A stretch of 64,000 nt of DNA from Podarcis pityusensis (taxonomy: Eukaryota): assembly GCA_964106645.2 (NCBI GenBank), contig OZ067039.1, one strand, 5' to 3'. This document shows, piece after piece, positions 1 to 10,345 of this stretch. A model generated the notes under the pieces. The model was not told the origin of the DNA, made no database searches, and worked only from the letters and a program-made list of their open reading frames with translations. The first letter of the stretch is position 1, and each line of letters begins with the position of its first letter. The position numbers and the translations under genes were made by a program.

Positions 1-269
1 CTCACTCCATAAGGAACATTGTGTACACCCAGGATTATTGTGCATCTGTAAACAATCCTCAGTTGTACCTTTACACTTAAAACACATTTACGAATGGTGG
101 GTGAAGAGCTTCTGTGCGTGAAGCACAAATTTAGCAGGTGAAATATTTTCATCTCACTGCATATCCACTGCTGGGGAAACCTTTCCTTGTTGATCCCCTG
201 ACTGCTTGGCTGTTAATAATGTTTATGTACTACAGTCAGTGCCATCAATGGCACCCAAAGTAGCTAACA

Positions 270-640
270 GATAATAAGGAATAAAAACCAACAGCACTTA
301 AAAACAAAAGCACAGTCATATAAAACCTGCAAATTGGGCAGTCACATAATCAACCAGTCCCTAAGAACACAGCAATAAAAAAAAATGCCTTCCCAAACAC
401 AAAAGGTCTAAACTTGTTGTCCTAAGGAGAGCCTTACACAAGCCTCACTGGGGATAGTATACCAGGGTGTGGGTGCAACTGCAGAAAATGTCCTGCCCTG
501 TTGGACAGGCTGTAGAACAAACCTGTCTAATTATTGGAATGCTGAACAAGGACTCACCTTTGGATCTTAATAAGCAGTACAGCATGCTCTCAAATACACC
601 AGTGCCTTGAATTGGGCCTGAAAGCTAATGAGTGCAGCTA
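270..640 (-). mobile_element. Old L2-like LINE 3' fragment
   Basis: Reverse-oriented GGGCAGGACATTTTCTGCAGTTGCACCCACACCCTGG... followed by a T-rich tail. Confidence 0.4.
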
Positions 641-654
641 GGCTAAAACTGAGC

Positions 655-742
655 ATTTCCAGGGCATGCTTTGAAAGAAGATGAGACTACCACCTCATAT
701 TTCCAGGGCATGCTCTGAAAGAACATGAGACTACCACCTCAC
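655..742. repeat. 44-bp tandem duplication
   Basis: ATTTCCAGGGCATGCT(T/C)TGAAAGAA(G/C)ATGAGACTACCACCTCA occurs twice in tandem. Confidence 0.95.
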
Positions 743-2134
743 CGAAGATAAGAAGCTGTGCACCTAATGACTGCCTGAATGGGATGGGTATGAGTTTGTG
801 CTTACAGATCTTCCCATTATGCAGTAGGCTGGGGTGAGTAGTGAAATTGGGAGAGTCTTGGGAACAGATGGGAGCAAAGAAGCACATAAGCAGCACGTGG
901 GATGTGCAGAAAGGGGAGATTAGCGAAACCAAAGAATAAAGAGCTGTTACCACATGTGTGTCCATCATTTGATGATTAAAAACACCCAATGATAACTGCG
1001 TGTCAGAAATGGGGTCTCACATATATAATGCCACAGAACTTTCACATCAACTTAGATAAAATGCTTTTCAACGAAGTCACTTCATACATTCTATTGCTGG
1101 TCATCAAACTTCCAGTATTTATTTTTTTGTAAAGAACTCATACATGACATTGTATGATATGAACCATGCCAGAGTCGAATGCATGGAGGCAAGGGATGGG
1201 AGAAGAAAGAGGAATGTTTTGATACTAAATAAATATATAGTAGATTATTCTGCTAAGTACCCTCCCCTGCCACCGTTTGTTAAAGCTTAACTTCCTGCTT
1301 TCTTCCTTTGTAATAGTTCAGACACTTTATGAATGACCCTAGTGTATACACATAGTAAACCTGATCAAATGGCCCTTTAAATAAATGTTTCCATCGTTAA
1401 CAGAAGCCTGACAGACAGAAATTTACCAGATGAAGCTTTTCCTGGCATGGAGACACAAGTAGTGAGGGCAATAAATCACCTGTTTAATTTCTGGTTTTCG
1501 GTGTTGGGCTGTTAAAGGCACAAGTGCTGGGCTAACCGGTAACCATAACCATCAGCCAAAATTCTTATGGCACATTAGCCAAAGCACCTTCTCCCATCCT
1601 CTAGAAATAGATTAAAACCAAACTCTGCATGGTAACATACATAGAGCTTTGAGGAAAACTTTATCAGAAGTTGAATGAGCCACATGGTCACTGAAAGCTG
1701 CATTTCCCTCACACCACCAGGCATGCATGTCATGTCCTGATCTTGAGATGGCTTCTGTTAGGAGGATTGGCTTTATAAAGTTTTAAGACCTGCCTGCAGT
1801 TAATTTTATCACTTGATCTATACTGCAATAATTTTTGTATTGCAATTGCATTTTTATTGTTTATTTTGTATTTCAATGTACTCTTGCCTAGAGAACTTTG
1901 GTTATGTAGCAGCACAGAAGCATCAAGAGAGTCCCTTCACTGACAGGACTATGGTGGCTGAATCATAGGTGATAATATCCTGTTCTCTGTGAGTCTGTTA
2001 CAAGTAAATGAGGGTTATATAGTACACCAATATCAGGGACACATTATGCCTCTGAATACTAGTGCTCTCATGTCCTGCTTATAGCCCTCCCAAAGACATC
2101 TAGTAGGCTACTAGGAGACAGGATGCTAGAACAT

Positions 2135-2520
2135 ACCATGCATTTAAAGTACATTCTCCCACCCCCAAATCCTGAGAACTACAGTTTGTCCCTCAGAGCT
2201 CCAATTCCAAGTAACCTTAACTAACTACAGTTCCCAGTATTCCAGGGTGCTTAAAATGTATTGTGTGTACATTGTCCAAATGGGCCTTTGGTTTGTTCTA
2301 GCAGGGCTCTTCTTATCGTCCATCTCAGGTGTCTCGGCATGACAACCTTGGGACATGAGAAGGGGAAGGGAAGCATTTCTTTCCCCTTTCCCCGGGGATC
2401 CATAGTTCTGAGAGACATGTTTGGAGCACTAGCCAACAATTCTGAGTGACCTCATCAAATTACAATTCCAAGAAATGTTGTGGGGAAGCCATGTCAAATG
2501 TTAAAATCACATAAACCCAG
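2135..2520. mobile_element. Degenerate MITE-like elements
   Basis: GAGAACTACAGTT...AACTACAGTTCCCAG and AAATTACAATTCCAAG motifs with imperfect inverted symmetry. Confidence 0.45.
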
Positions 2521-2944
2521 ATCAGATAAACCCTACATTTCTGTAGTGTAGATTCAGCTGGAGTGAGGGATGTGTTTCCTTTCCTTTGGAGGAAGGAAAA
2601 ACATTATGCACATCCTCTGAGAAACGTACATGTTTATTACTTAAAATATCCATGCGTTACTGAGTTGGGTCCTGCCTGGGGAGCCCGAGATAAGGACTTT
2701 TTGTACCCACATTTTTTTCCTCCCATCTGATTACTAGGACATGCTCTATGACAACACTTTGTAACCACCGGCTGGACTCTGTCCAGGCTTCCTTTTCACG
2801 TGTGAGTGTCCCATAATAATAAGCAGCCAGGCTGCAGGGTCAATCCATAATGAAGAGTTTCCATTGGTGAAAACTGAATCGTTTAGGGGAGCAATGGAGA
2901 AAAGGGCGGCGCGGTGAGAGGAGAGAAGCGGCTCCACTAGCCAG

Positions 2945-2961
2945 TGACCTCCGAGTGCCCT
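2945..2961 (-). promoter_or_regulatory. Candidate DR5 RARE
   Basis: Minus strand AGGGCA ctcgg AGGTCA; E-box CACGTG (~2797) and Meis-type TGACAG (~3091) nearby. Confidence 0.45.
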
Positions 2962-2992
2962 CACTTAACGAATTCAGATAGACAAAGCCACA

Positions 2993-2995
<3 letters not shown>

Positions 2996-3030
<35 letters not shown>
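2996..3030. repeat. (GT)n microsatellite
   Basis: Direct reading. Confidence 0.95.
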
Positions 3031-3031
<1 letters not shown>

Positions 3032-3631
3032 CTGCAGTACAACTGACCTGAAGGATAACATTTAAGGAGACTGACCGGAGCTTTTACTAGTGACAGCTCA
3101 GCAGCCCAAACTAAAGAGAAAGAATGAAGTCTTGCTAAAATTTGGAGCGAAGGAAGGAACTGTTTTGAATGCATGCCTCAAAGAAAGGTTGCAGCACTGT
3201 TAAGTGTCGTCTTGTGCTGCCCTTGCTCCAAGGCGTCGTTCATTCCCAACCTTTGTCCTACCACAAATCGGCAGGCCTTAGTAATCAAAACCCTATTCCG
3301 CAATGCTCAGGGGTGGAGAATGAACACAAAAGGACAGCAAGTAGAGGCGCCATTTAAGGAAAGTGATGATCGTCCTTCCCGGCGCCCCCCTCTACTCTGA
3401 CCCGTAATTCAGGCCACGTATGATTATTCTTGAAAAACACATTCCCCACCCCCACCCCTCACTCCACGAAGAGGTAGCCATGTTAGCCTGCTGCGGCACC
3501 TTGCATCCGATAGCATAGATCGTGCACTCTAACCCACGAAAGCTTTCCCATGATAAATTTGCTAGTCCTGTAAGTTGCTTCAAGACTCGTCGTTGTGTTA
3601 ACCTATATTTTCTCCCGTAGGAAAAATAAGC

Positions 3632-3662
<31 letters not shown>

Positions 3663-3982
3663 AGAAAGAGAGAGAGGGGGGGGAGGGAGGGAGAGACCAC
3701 CTTTATCCAACACTTATGTTCTATTTTTTATGACCTATAGTTAAAACAATGAAGTGACTCAAATGACAACGGCTCCTAATACCTCTTTGTGAACACATAT
3801 GGTTGTATCGCAGCATTCATGCTCCTTCGTCTTGGATGCATCCAAGAGCCGTTGGTCCTTCCTGGGTCCTGTCCCCATCCGCCCTACTCTAAAATCGCAT
3901 CCCTGGTAGAAAGGACAGGGGCTTCCAATGAAGGGCAAGCCTTTGCTGGTGTTATTGATGCCCCAAATGTAGATACAATCAA

Positions 3983-4252
3983 TCAAAGAGCTCCACTGAA
4001 GTACATCGTGCTGTTTGGAGGAGGGGTGGCTCCTAGCGCCTTCCCCGTCCTTCCCTGCCTACACAGGCTTGCGAGATTCTGACGAAAGAAAATTGTGGCC
4101 TCTCCAGACGAGAATTCATCAGTCTGGAACGTAGCCCTCAGGTGAAACTCGTCTGCCAGCTCCACCAACCACCTCCCCCTTTTTCTTTCCTTAAAAAAGC
4201 TTTTGGCTTTGGGGTTCCTTCCGGAGGTTAGTGGGTGGAGCTCAGCCTCAAC
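3983..4252 (-). pseudogene. HOXC3: Degenerate homeobox, most likely a HoxC3 remnant (exon 2)
   Basis: Reads ...KRGR-W-LVELADEFH...IFFRQNLASLCRQGRTGKAL against Hox3 consensus [20 protein letters not shown]...[19 protein letters not shown]. Same strand as the other Hox genes and 3' of HoxC4. W48 is lost and there are internal deletions. Confidence 0.68.
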
Positions 4253-5559
4253 CTACTGAGAACATGGGAGTTCCGAAGACGTTTAAGCAAGGATTTCTTT
4301 CCTCCAACACCCCAACCGGAGAAGTTCAGAAGCTCAAAGTTATCAGCCATGGATTTTCAGCGTGGAGGAGTACAAAAATAAATAAATCCAAGGCTAATAT
4401 TAACATCCATATTTGTGAGGGAGTGCAGTTGGCTACTGACCAATGAAAGATGGACGCTCTGCACTTGCTCAGGCTCCAGGGCTGAGAGGCATATTCGTAT
4501 GCTCCAGGGCTGAGGCCGGGCAATCCGGAAAACAGCAGCAATGCTATAGGTAGAAGATCACAGTATTTTCTGTACAGTCCACTTTCTAAATATATCTAGA
4601 ATAATCATTGTCTGTCTCTGTCCCTTACAGCGCAATCCTGTCTTCCAGGTAAATGCATATAGCTTAGTGTGTAGCACGGCTTGCAATGAATTTACTCCTA
4701 TTTGAGTGAAACTAGAACTTCAGCCCCCTGATCTTTAATAACGTATGCATTATTTTATGGTATAGGGTTGGCTGGACTTCAGAGACGGCTTCTCTTTCGC
4801 CCCCTCCCCACTCCTCAGAACAGTTTGTGGGTTATCTTTTTGCAGTTATTTGAGCTTTCTGGGTGCTTTGGTAACTCACGTCCCTTTTCTTGTTGGCATC
4901 TGATATAGTGAAAGACTTGCAAGTTTATGGATCTCAGAGTGGAGTGGGGAAAGGATAAACTAAATAAAGAATTCAGGCCAGGTTATCTGTAAAAATAAGG
5001 AATGTTAAGTTAACGTTGCTAACATCCTGTTCTATGTTGAATAAAGGAGAAAAATTGACAGAGAACGCCATTTTTTAGTCAATATTACAATCTATTGTGA
5101 AATCAAGGTCGGGTGCCAGACATCAGTGTGGTCTCCGCCTGTCTCCACACAACCTCCGCCCCTCTTTTCTTCTTTTTCTAGCATCCCTCAAGTCTTTAAC
5201 AGGGTGAGGGAAGGAGGTGGAGTAATCTGCACTTTCCTGGCCAAAGCAAATTTTTACAGTTGTAGTCATTGCAGCGTGGAGATCTGCAATCTATCTCAAC
5301 ACACACAGACCTCCTATCACTTTTGAAAATTCTTAGAAAGCATGGGCTGGTGCTTTGGTTACAATAGAGTCCAGGGTTTGACAGATCCTTTTCGACTTTG
5401 TACCACTTTTCAATGAATCGCCGGTTGGTTTTAAACGCATTTGACACCCCCCCCCAAGAAGTCGTGGGATTAAAGGTAGACAACCCCTAACAAGGGAAAT
5501 CGCTGTCTAAAAAAAGAAGCGGGATCTTGTTCTTCGGTGAGATAGTTGTGCGTGACACA

Positions 5560-5800
5560 ACTGAAGCTCTACTCGGGGAGACTTGGGTTCAAATCCTCGC
5601 ACAGCCACAAAATTTACAAGACTCGTCCTTTTCGAAAGCTTATTGAGTGAGCTTGTCGAAATAGAAAAATTCCTTCCTGTAGCACCTTAAAGACCAACTA
5701 AGTTAGTTCTTGGTATAAGCTTTCGTGCAGCCTAACCTACCTGATTAGATTGGTATGAGGATCAAAGGGGCCGACCATATACTTTGCCTTAAGCTGTGCA
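5560..5800 (+). mobile_element. MIR/CORE-like SINE interrupted by a Penelope-like fragment (5633-5727)
   Basis: B box GGTTCAAATCC at ~5586; the body CAGCCTAACCTACC...GTGAGGAT-like sequence resumes at 5728, after the insert. Confidence 0.55.
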
Positions 5801-8800
5801 ATTGATTAAACTAAAACTCAAAGTGAAGACTTGCCCAAGGCCACTCCAAAGAGCTTCCTACCCCACCAGAAATCTGAAGCTACTTTATAACCCCAACCCC
5901 CTTGAGCTAACTCACAGCTCATCGGCTGACGAAACTGCAGCATCAATAGGATACCCGCGTGAGTGAAGGAGCCACAACATATCAAACACTGCAGACAGAA
6001 CTTTCAGTGGAGTCAGTCAACTGCTCCTAATTCGGAGTGGTGGTCCATGTGTATGATAGCGAAGTAGGCCTTTTGGGGCTGCCCCAAACTGACCCTCTCT
6101 TGTTACCACACTCGTCCCAAATCCCAGCTGGACGCCACTTGCCCTTGGCGTGACCCTGCCCAGAAATCGATATGGTGTCTCAGTCCAATGGAGTTGCTTA
6201 ATTCATAAGAGAAGGCAAATAATTTAGTGGACAGAATAAGGGTTTTAAAAGAGTTCAGCAGTGCTAGATGACCGGTGGTCCATGTGACTAGTTCAGTATT
6301 GACCAGACCTCGATTTCAACCCAGATCTGTTCGATCAGGAGCACAAGCAGTGATATTTGGTCCAGAATCCTTAACTGAAGAGAAAACCCGATTCCCCACC
6401 CAATCCGCTTAACATGCACCTTATCCGCAACATTATTACGAGGTTTTTCACATGACAATCACTCAATGGGCGGTAAGTATTGTATGGTGAAACTATCGTT
6501 ACAATATTTGCATAGTCTAATACAAAGGTTGCCTGATGGTGTGGGTGGGTGTGTTTATACATACAGATTACATATATTTAGATAGGCCTCAAGACATTAT
6601 TAATTTCTGCTATCCGTCGACCGATGTATTAATTTGAACAAAGTCGCATAGAGTTACATTGCAGATTTAAACCATTTTCAAACCTCTTTAAAGTTAATTC
6701 CTCAAACTAAGGGGTCATTAGAAACGATGCTATTTGGAGAAGTTCATAGCACCTGCAGCAGTGCAGTTCCTGGGAATCTTTGGGAGGTATCTTTGGTAAA
6801 TGACTTTCAGATTGTTAACATTTGTTATGTAGATCCTCCAATGAATGCTAAGGGATGGATGCGTTGGCCTCGACCGCGCATTTACCTGGAAGTAAGTATC
6901 CGGGCTGTCAACTAAAGTGAGCTCCGAGTGTGCTCATGCTTCAGAACTGAGACTGGATCCCGCAAAGCACGTTTAAATCCCAGCCTCTTCCCGGTACCTT
7001 TTGTATCTTATGATACGACCAAAGAGGTGCTACTCAAAGCACTGCAAAGCAAGCCTACATCCTATTCAGCTCAGTGACACTTAAGAACATCCATAGGCTC
7101 TGGACGCAAGGATCCTGAAGGCACCATGTGCTATTGATTTGAATGACATGCCTTTCCACTTACTGGAGGATGTGTGCAAATCCCATTAATTTCAACGGTA
7201 CATAAACTTTCCACGGGTCTGGATTGCTCGCATTGCCAATAAAACAACACTGGTTAGGTGTGCCTCATACACACTCACCTTCCCATCCAAATCTCCAAAC
7301 TGTGCCGATTTAATTTATTCTAGGCAAGCTAACCGATCTTCCTATCTCAGGTTCTTCCAAACGCTAGGAGGCAAGTCCCCCAGAAATGTGTAGGGCTTAC
7401 TCCGGCGTAAACGTGCGAGGAATCCGGGTATTCTACTTGAAAGGCCAGCAAAATGACTGTCGTGGAATACCGACTGCCATCGGAATAATAAAGCGATGGG
7501 TTTGTTGGTCTGTTTCCCCAGCCTTCAGCATTTGATGATCACCTCTGACTCTGTTCTGCGACCATATGCTAACGTGCAGTCTTGAGTTTTTCGAGGTAAG
7601 GACTGCATCAGCATCCTACATGCAGGCGGCATAATTCAGGGGGCATGAATTTGAGGGTAGGGGCCAAGGTTTCCTTGGGGCACTAAGGGAATTTAACTGA
7701 AATGAATAGTTATTTCTCTTGGCTTTTATCGCTGCCCATCTTTATAGCTTGCTGGCCAAAACGTTGGGACCGAGTGGGAGAGGAGGACCGCTCTCAAACT
7801 CCTGCAGAGGGAATCACCTTTCACCAAAGCAGCGAAAACTGTAAAGTCAACTCGGAGATTGCTCACGAAGGGCTCGTATTTTTTCCTTTCCTTTCCTTTT
7901 TTTTTTTTTTAAGGACTCTCTGGCAGGTCGTCACAGAGAATCGCTGCCGGCTAATATCTGCAGCGAGTAACCAGCCAGAGACAGAAGAGAGGAAGACCGA
8001 AGACAGATAAGTCCAAAAAAGACTAAAGATGAAGCAATAGCAAAAGCGGGGGGCGGAGAGAAACTGGAAGGGTTTTTTTAAAAAACAAAAAAACAGGGCG
8101 AAGGACGGGTGTTCTCCCCATTTGGTGCGGGGAGAGTCTTCTTACAACGGCTGTGCCTAAAACCAGGCCGGATCCAGCTGCAAAGGTGTCTCCAGGTCAG
8201 CAGCACCCTCCTCCCGCCCCCTCTCTCTGCCCCCTTGGCTAGAAGTATGTGGGGCTCATCCGGACAAAAGGGTCAGGGAGTCGAAGAAGGATGAATGGCT
8301 TTTGAAAGATCCAGGCGGAACACGGACAAGCTGTTTCGTAACAAACGTCAGACGTGGCTGCTTGACCCGCAGAGACTAATGGGATTTTAGGAATGAAGAA
8401 GGAGCATTTCAGGAATGCCCACCCCCCTTGTATCTCCTTGTTTCCCCCAGTCGGTCTGATCTGATAACACCCACTCTGTGTCTGTGTGGGAGGTAGTATC
8501 TTTAATGTAACAAGTTAGATTGTGGACGTGTGGTCTTCCCCGGCTTCACTGTTTAGAAGGAAGAAGAGTTGTTTCCCTCCCTCTCTTTCTCTCTTTTTCT
8601 CTTCACCCAAAAAAGTCCCATGCCATCTATCTATCATCTATCTATCTATCTATCTATCTATCTCTCTATCTCGATCGACCGATCTAAAAAGATATAGATA
8701 GACGCAGGCGCGCACATAGCATAGCAATCGCACTCGCACAGGAAGGAAGAAGCATGTACAGGCCATGCGATCGCAGGCCCTGGAGCTGTGCTTGATTCAG

Positions 8801-9337
8801 CACACCACGCGGAGGGGAAGGGGGGCGAGTGCCTCTCTTCCCAAACATCTGCAGCCAGACATTTGATTTTTAGAGCTCGACTCTGCCAGACGTTCCCGAG
8901 GAGTCTTGCAAGGAATTCCCTCTCCGTAACAAACGCGGGCCAAGCCAAACCTCCACGGAACGTCACGCGATCCTTGCAAAACGTGGCCCAGTAAGTTTTC
9001 ATAGGCACATCCTCCTGATGTCCATGAGAACTTTTTGGGAAGAGGTGGCTAGAGGGGTGAAACTCCAGCCCACTGGATCCAAAGGCACTCGTGCCCAACT
9101 GGTACTCAGGACCACTGGGGTTGAATGGCACACAGGGAATGGGTTTGAACCTGGAACCCCTGGACACGGGAGAAAGTTAGTTCCAATGGCATTGGCTTCC
9201 TAGCAGTATTTATTTTTAAGTGAGGGGTTAAGGAGCAACTCTAGCCCATCCACACTGCAGAATTTTTGCCCTGGATTTTCTTCAAGTATGAATTGTTCTT
9301 TGCAGTCCTAGATCCAAGCAGAAGGGAAAAGATAATT

Positions 9338-9461
9338 GGATAGCTCAGTTGGTTAGAGCGTAGTGCTGATAACACCAAAGTAGCTGGTCCTATCCCCCTA
9401 TAGGACATCTGCATTGCAGGGGTTGAGCCAGATTATCCTTTCCAACTCCATGATTCTGTGA
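9338..9461 (+). mobile_element. tRNA-Ile-derived SINE with CR1-type 3' tail (POM/Squam2-like)
   Basis: Head TAGCTCAGTTGGTTAGAGCGTAGTGCTGATAACACCAAAG has an A box and resembles tRNA-Ile; B box degenerate. Tail ...TTCCAACTCCATGATTCTGTGA resembles a CR1 3' end. Confidence 0.75.
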
Positions 9462-9899
9462 CATGTGGAGGGGAGACCCACGCCTTTGTGAAAGGGCCTT
9501 AAGGCTAGTTCACACAACCTATCACACATCATAGGACTGGTTCACTCAAAGTCTGAAACATCTGGTGTTGCCTCCTGTGTGTGAATGGCCACTATAGATA
9601 TCACACGCCAAACAGAACTTTCCCCATTCTCCCCAGGCTACCTTAAACACAATACTTTTCAATAGTCAGTTCACACTTTCACTTACCATGTATCAGAAAT
9701 GCATGCTAATCAAATGTTGATATAGTAGTACATGTAGGAACCGCTTACATCTAAGAAAGTATGCCTCGGATTGTGGTGACAAGTGGTATCTATGGTTGTG
9801 ATACCAGCTAGCAGTAACACACAGGCACAACAGAAAATGCATGTTTGTGCCCTGCAGGCCTCTCTCAGGTAGACATACCTACTAGTACACCTGTTTGCT

Positions 9900-10345
9900 A
9901 CCAGGTTAGGTTTAAGGTTTTAATATAGCGTATAAGATCCTAAGCAGTTGGAGACCAGGTTAGCAATGCAGATCTTCCCAGTTACGGAAATCATCATCAA
10001 AGGCCTTCCAGGTTGTGGCTCAGCCTGCAGATGGCCATCTGGCAACAACCAGCAAGAAGGCCTGTTCTGCATGGCATCCAAACTCTGGGATGGCCTCTCT
10101 CCAGAACTAAGGCAGCCACCAACATTGATACTCTCTAAAATCTCCTTGTTGGCCTGGCTGTGGTCATTTCTTTGCTAAGCAGCTGTAGAATGCCAGGTAT
10201 TCTTCCTGACTGACTGGGCTTGATGTAAATTGTATAGGTATAGGTACACGGACATTGCCTTTTATGATACTACTGTACACCTCCTTGAAATGCTGGCCTA
10301 ACAGGTGATATATGCATATTTTAATAAATGAACAAATCAATCCAA
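9900..10345 (+). mobile_element. Old L2-like LINE 3' fragment
   Basis: AAGGCCTGTTCTGCATGGCATCCAAACTCTGGGATGGCCTCTCTCCAGA resembles the L2 3' region (AF..AP.LWN.LP motif); ends in an AATAAA-rich tail. Confidence 0.55.

Noticed and set aside
2746-2964. HoxC1 exon 1 (HVKRKP resembles KVKRNP)
   Set aside because: No FDWM hexapeptide, no Hox1 N-terminus and no downstream Hox1 homeobox in the window.
7702-8010. ORF starting MNSYF like a Hox N-terminus
   Set aside because: Wrong strand relative to the cluster, and similarity ends after five residues.
9338-9410. Functional tRNA-Ile gene
   Set aside because: T-arm/B box is degenerate, there is no acceptor stem, and it runs into a CR1-like tail, so it is a SINE.
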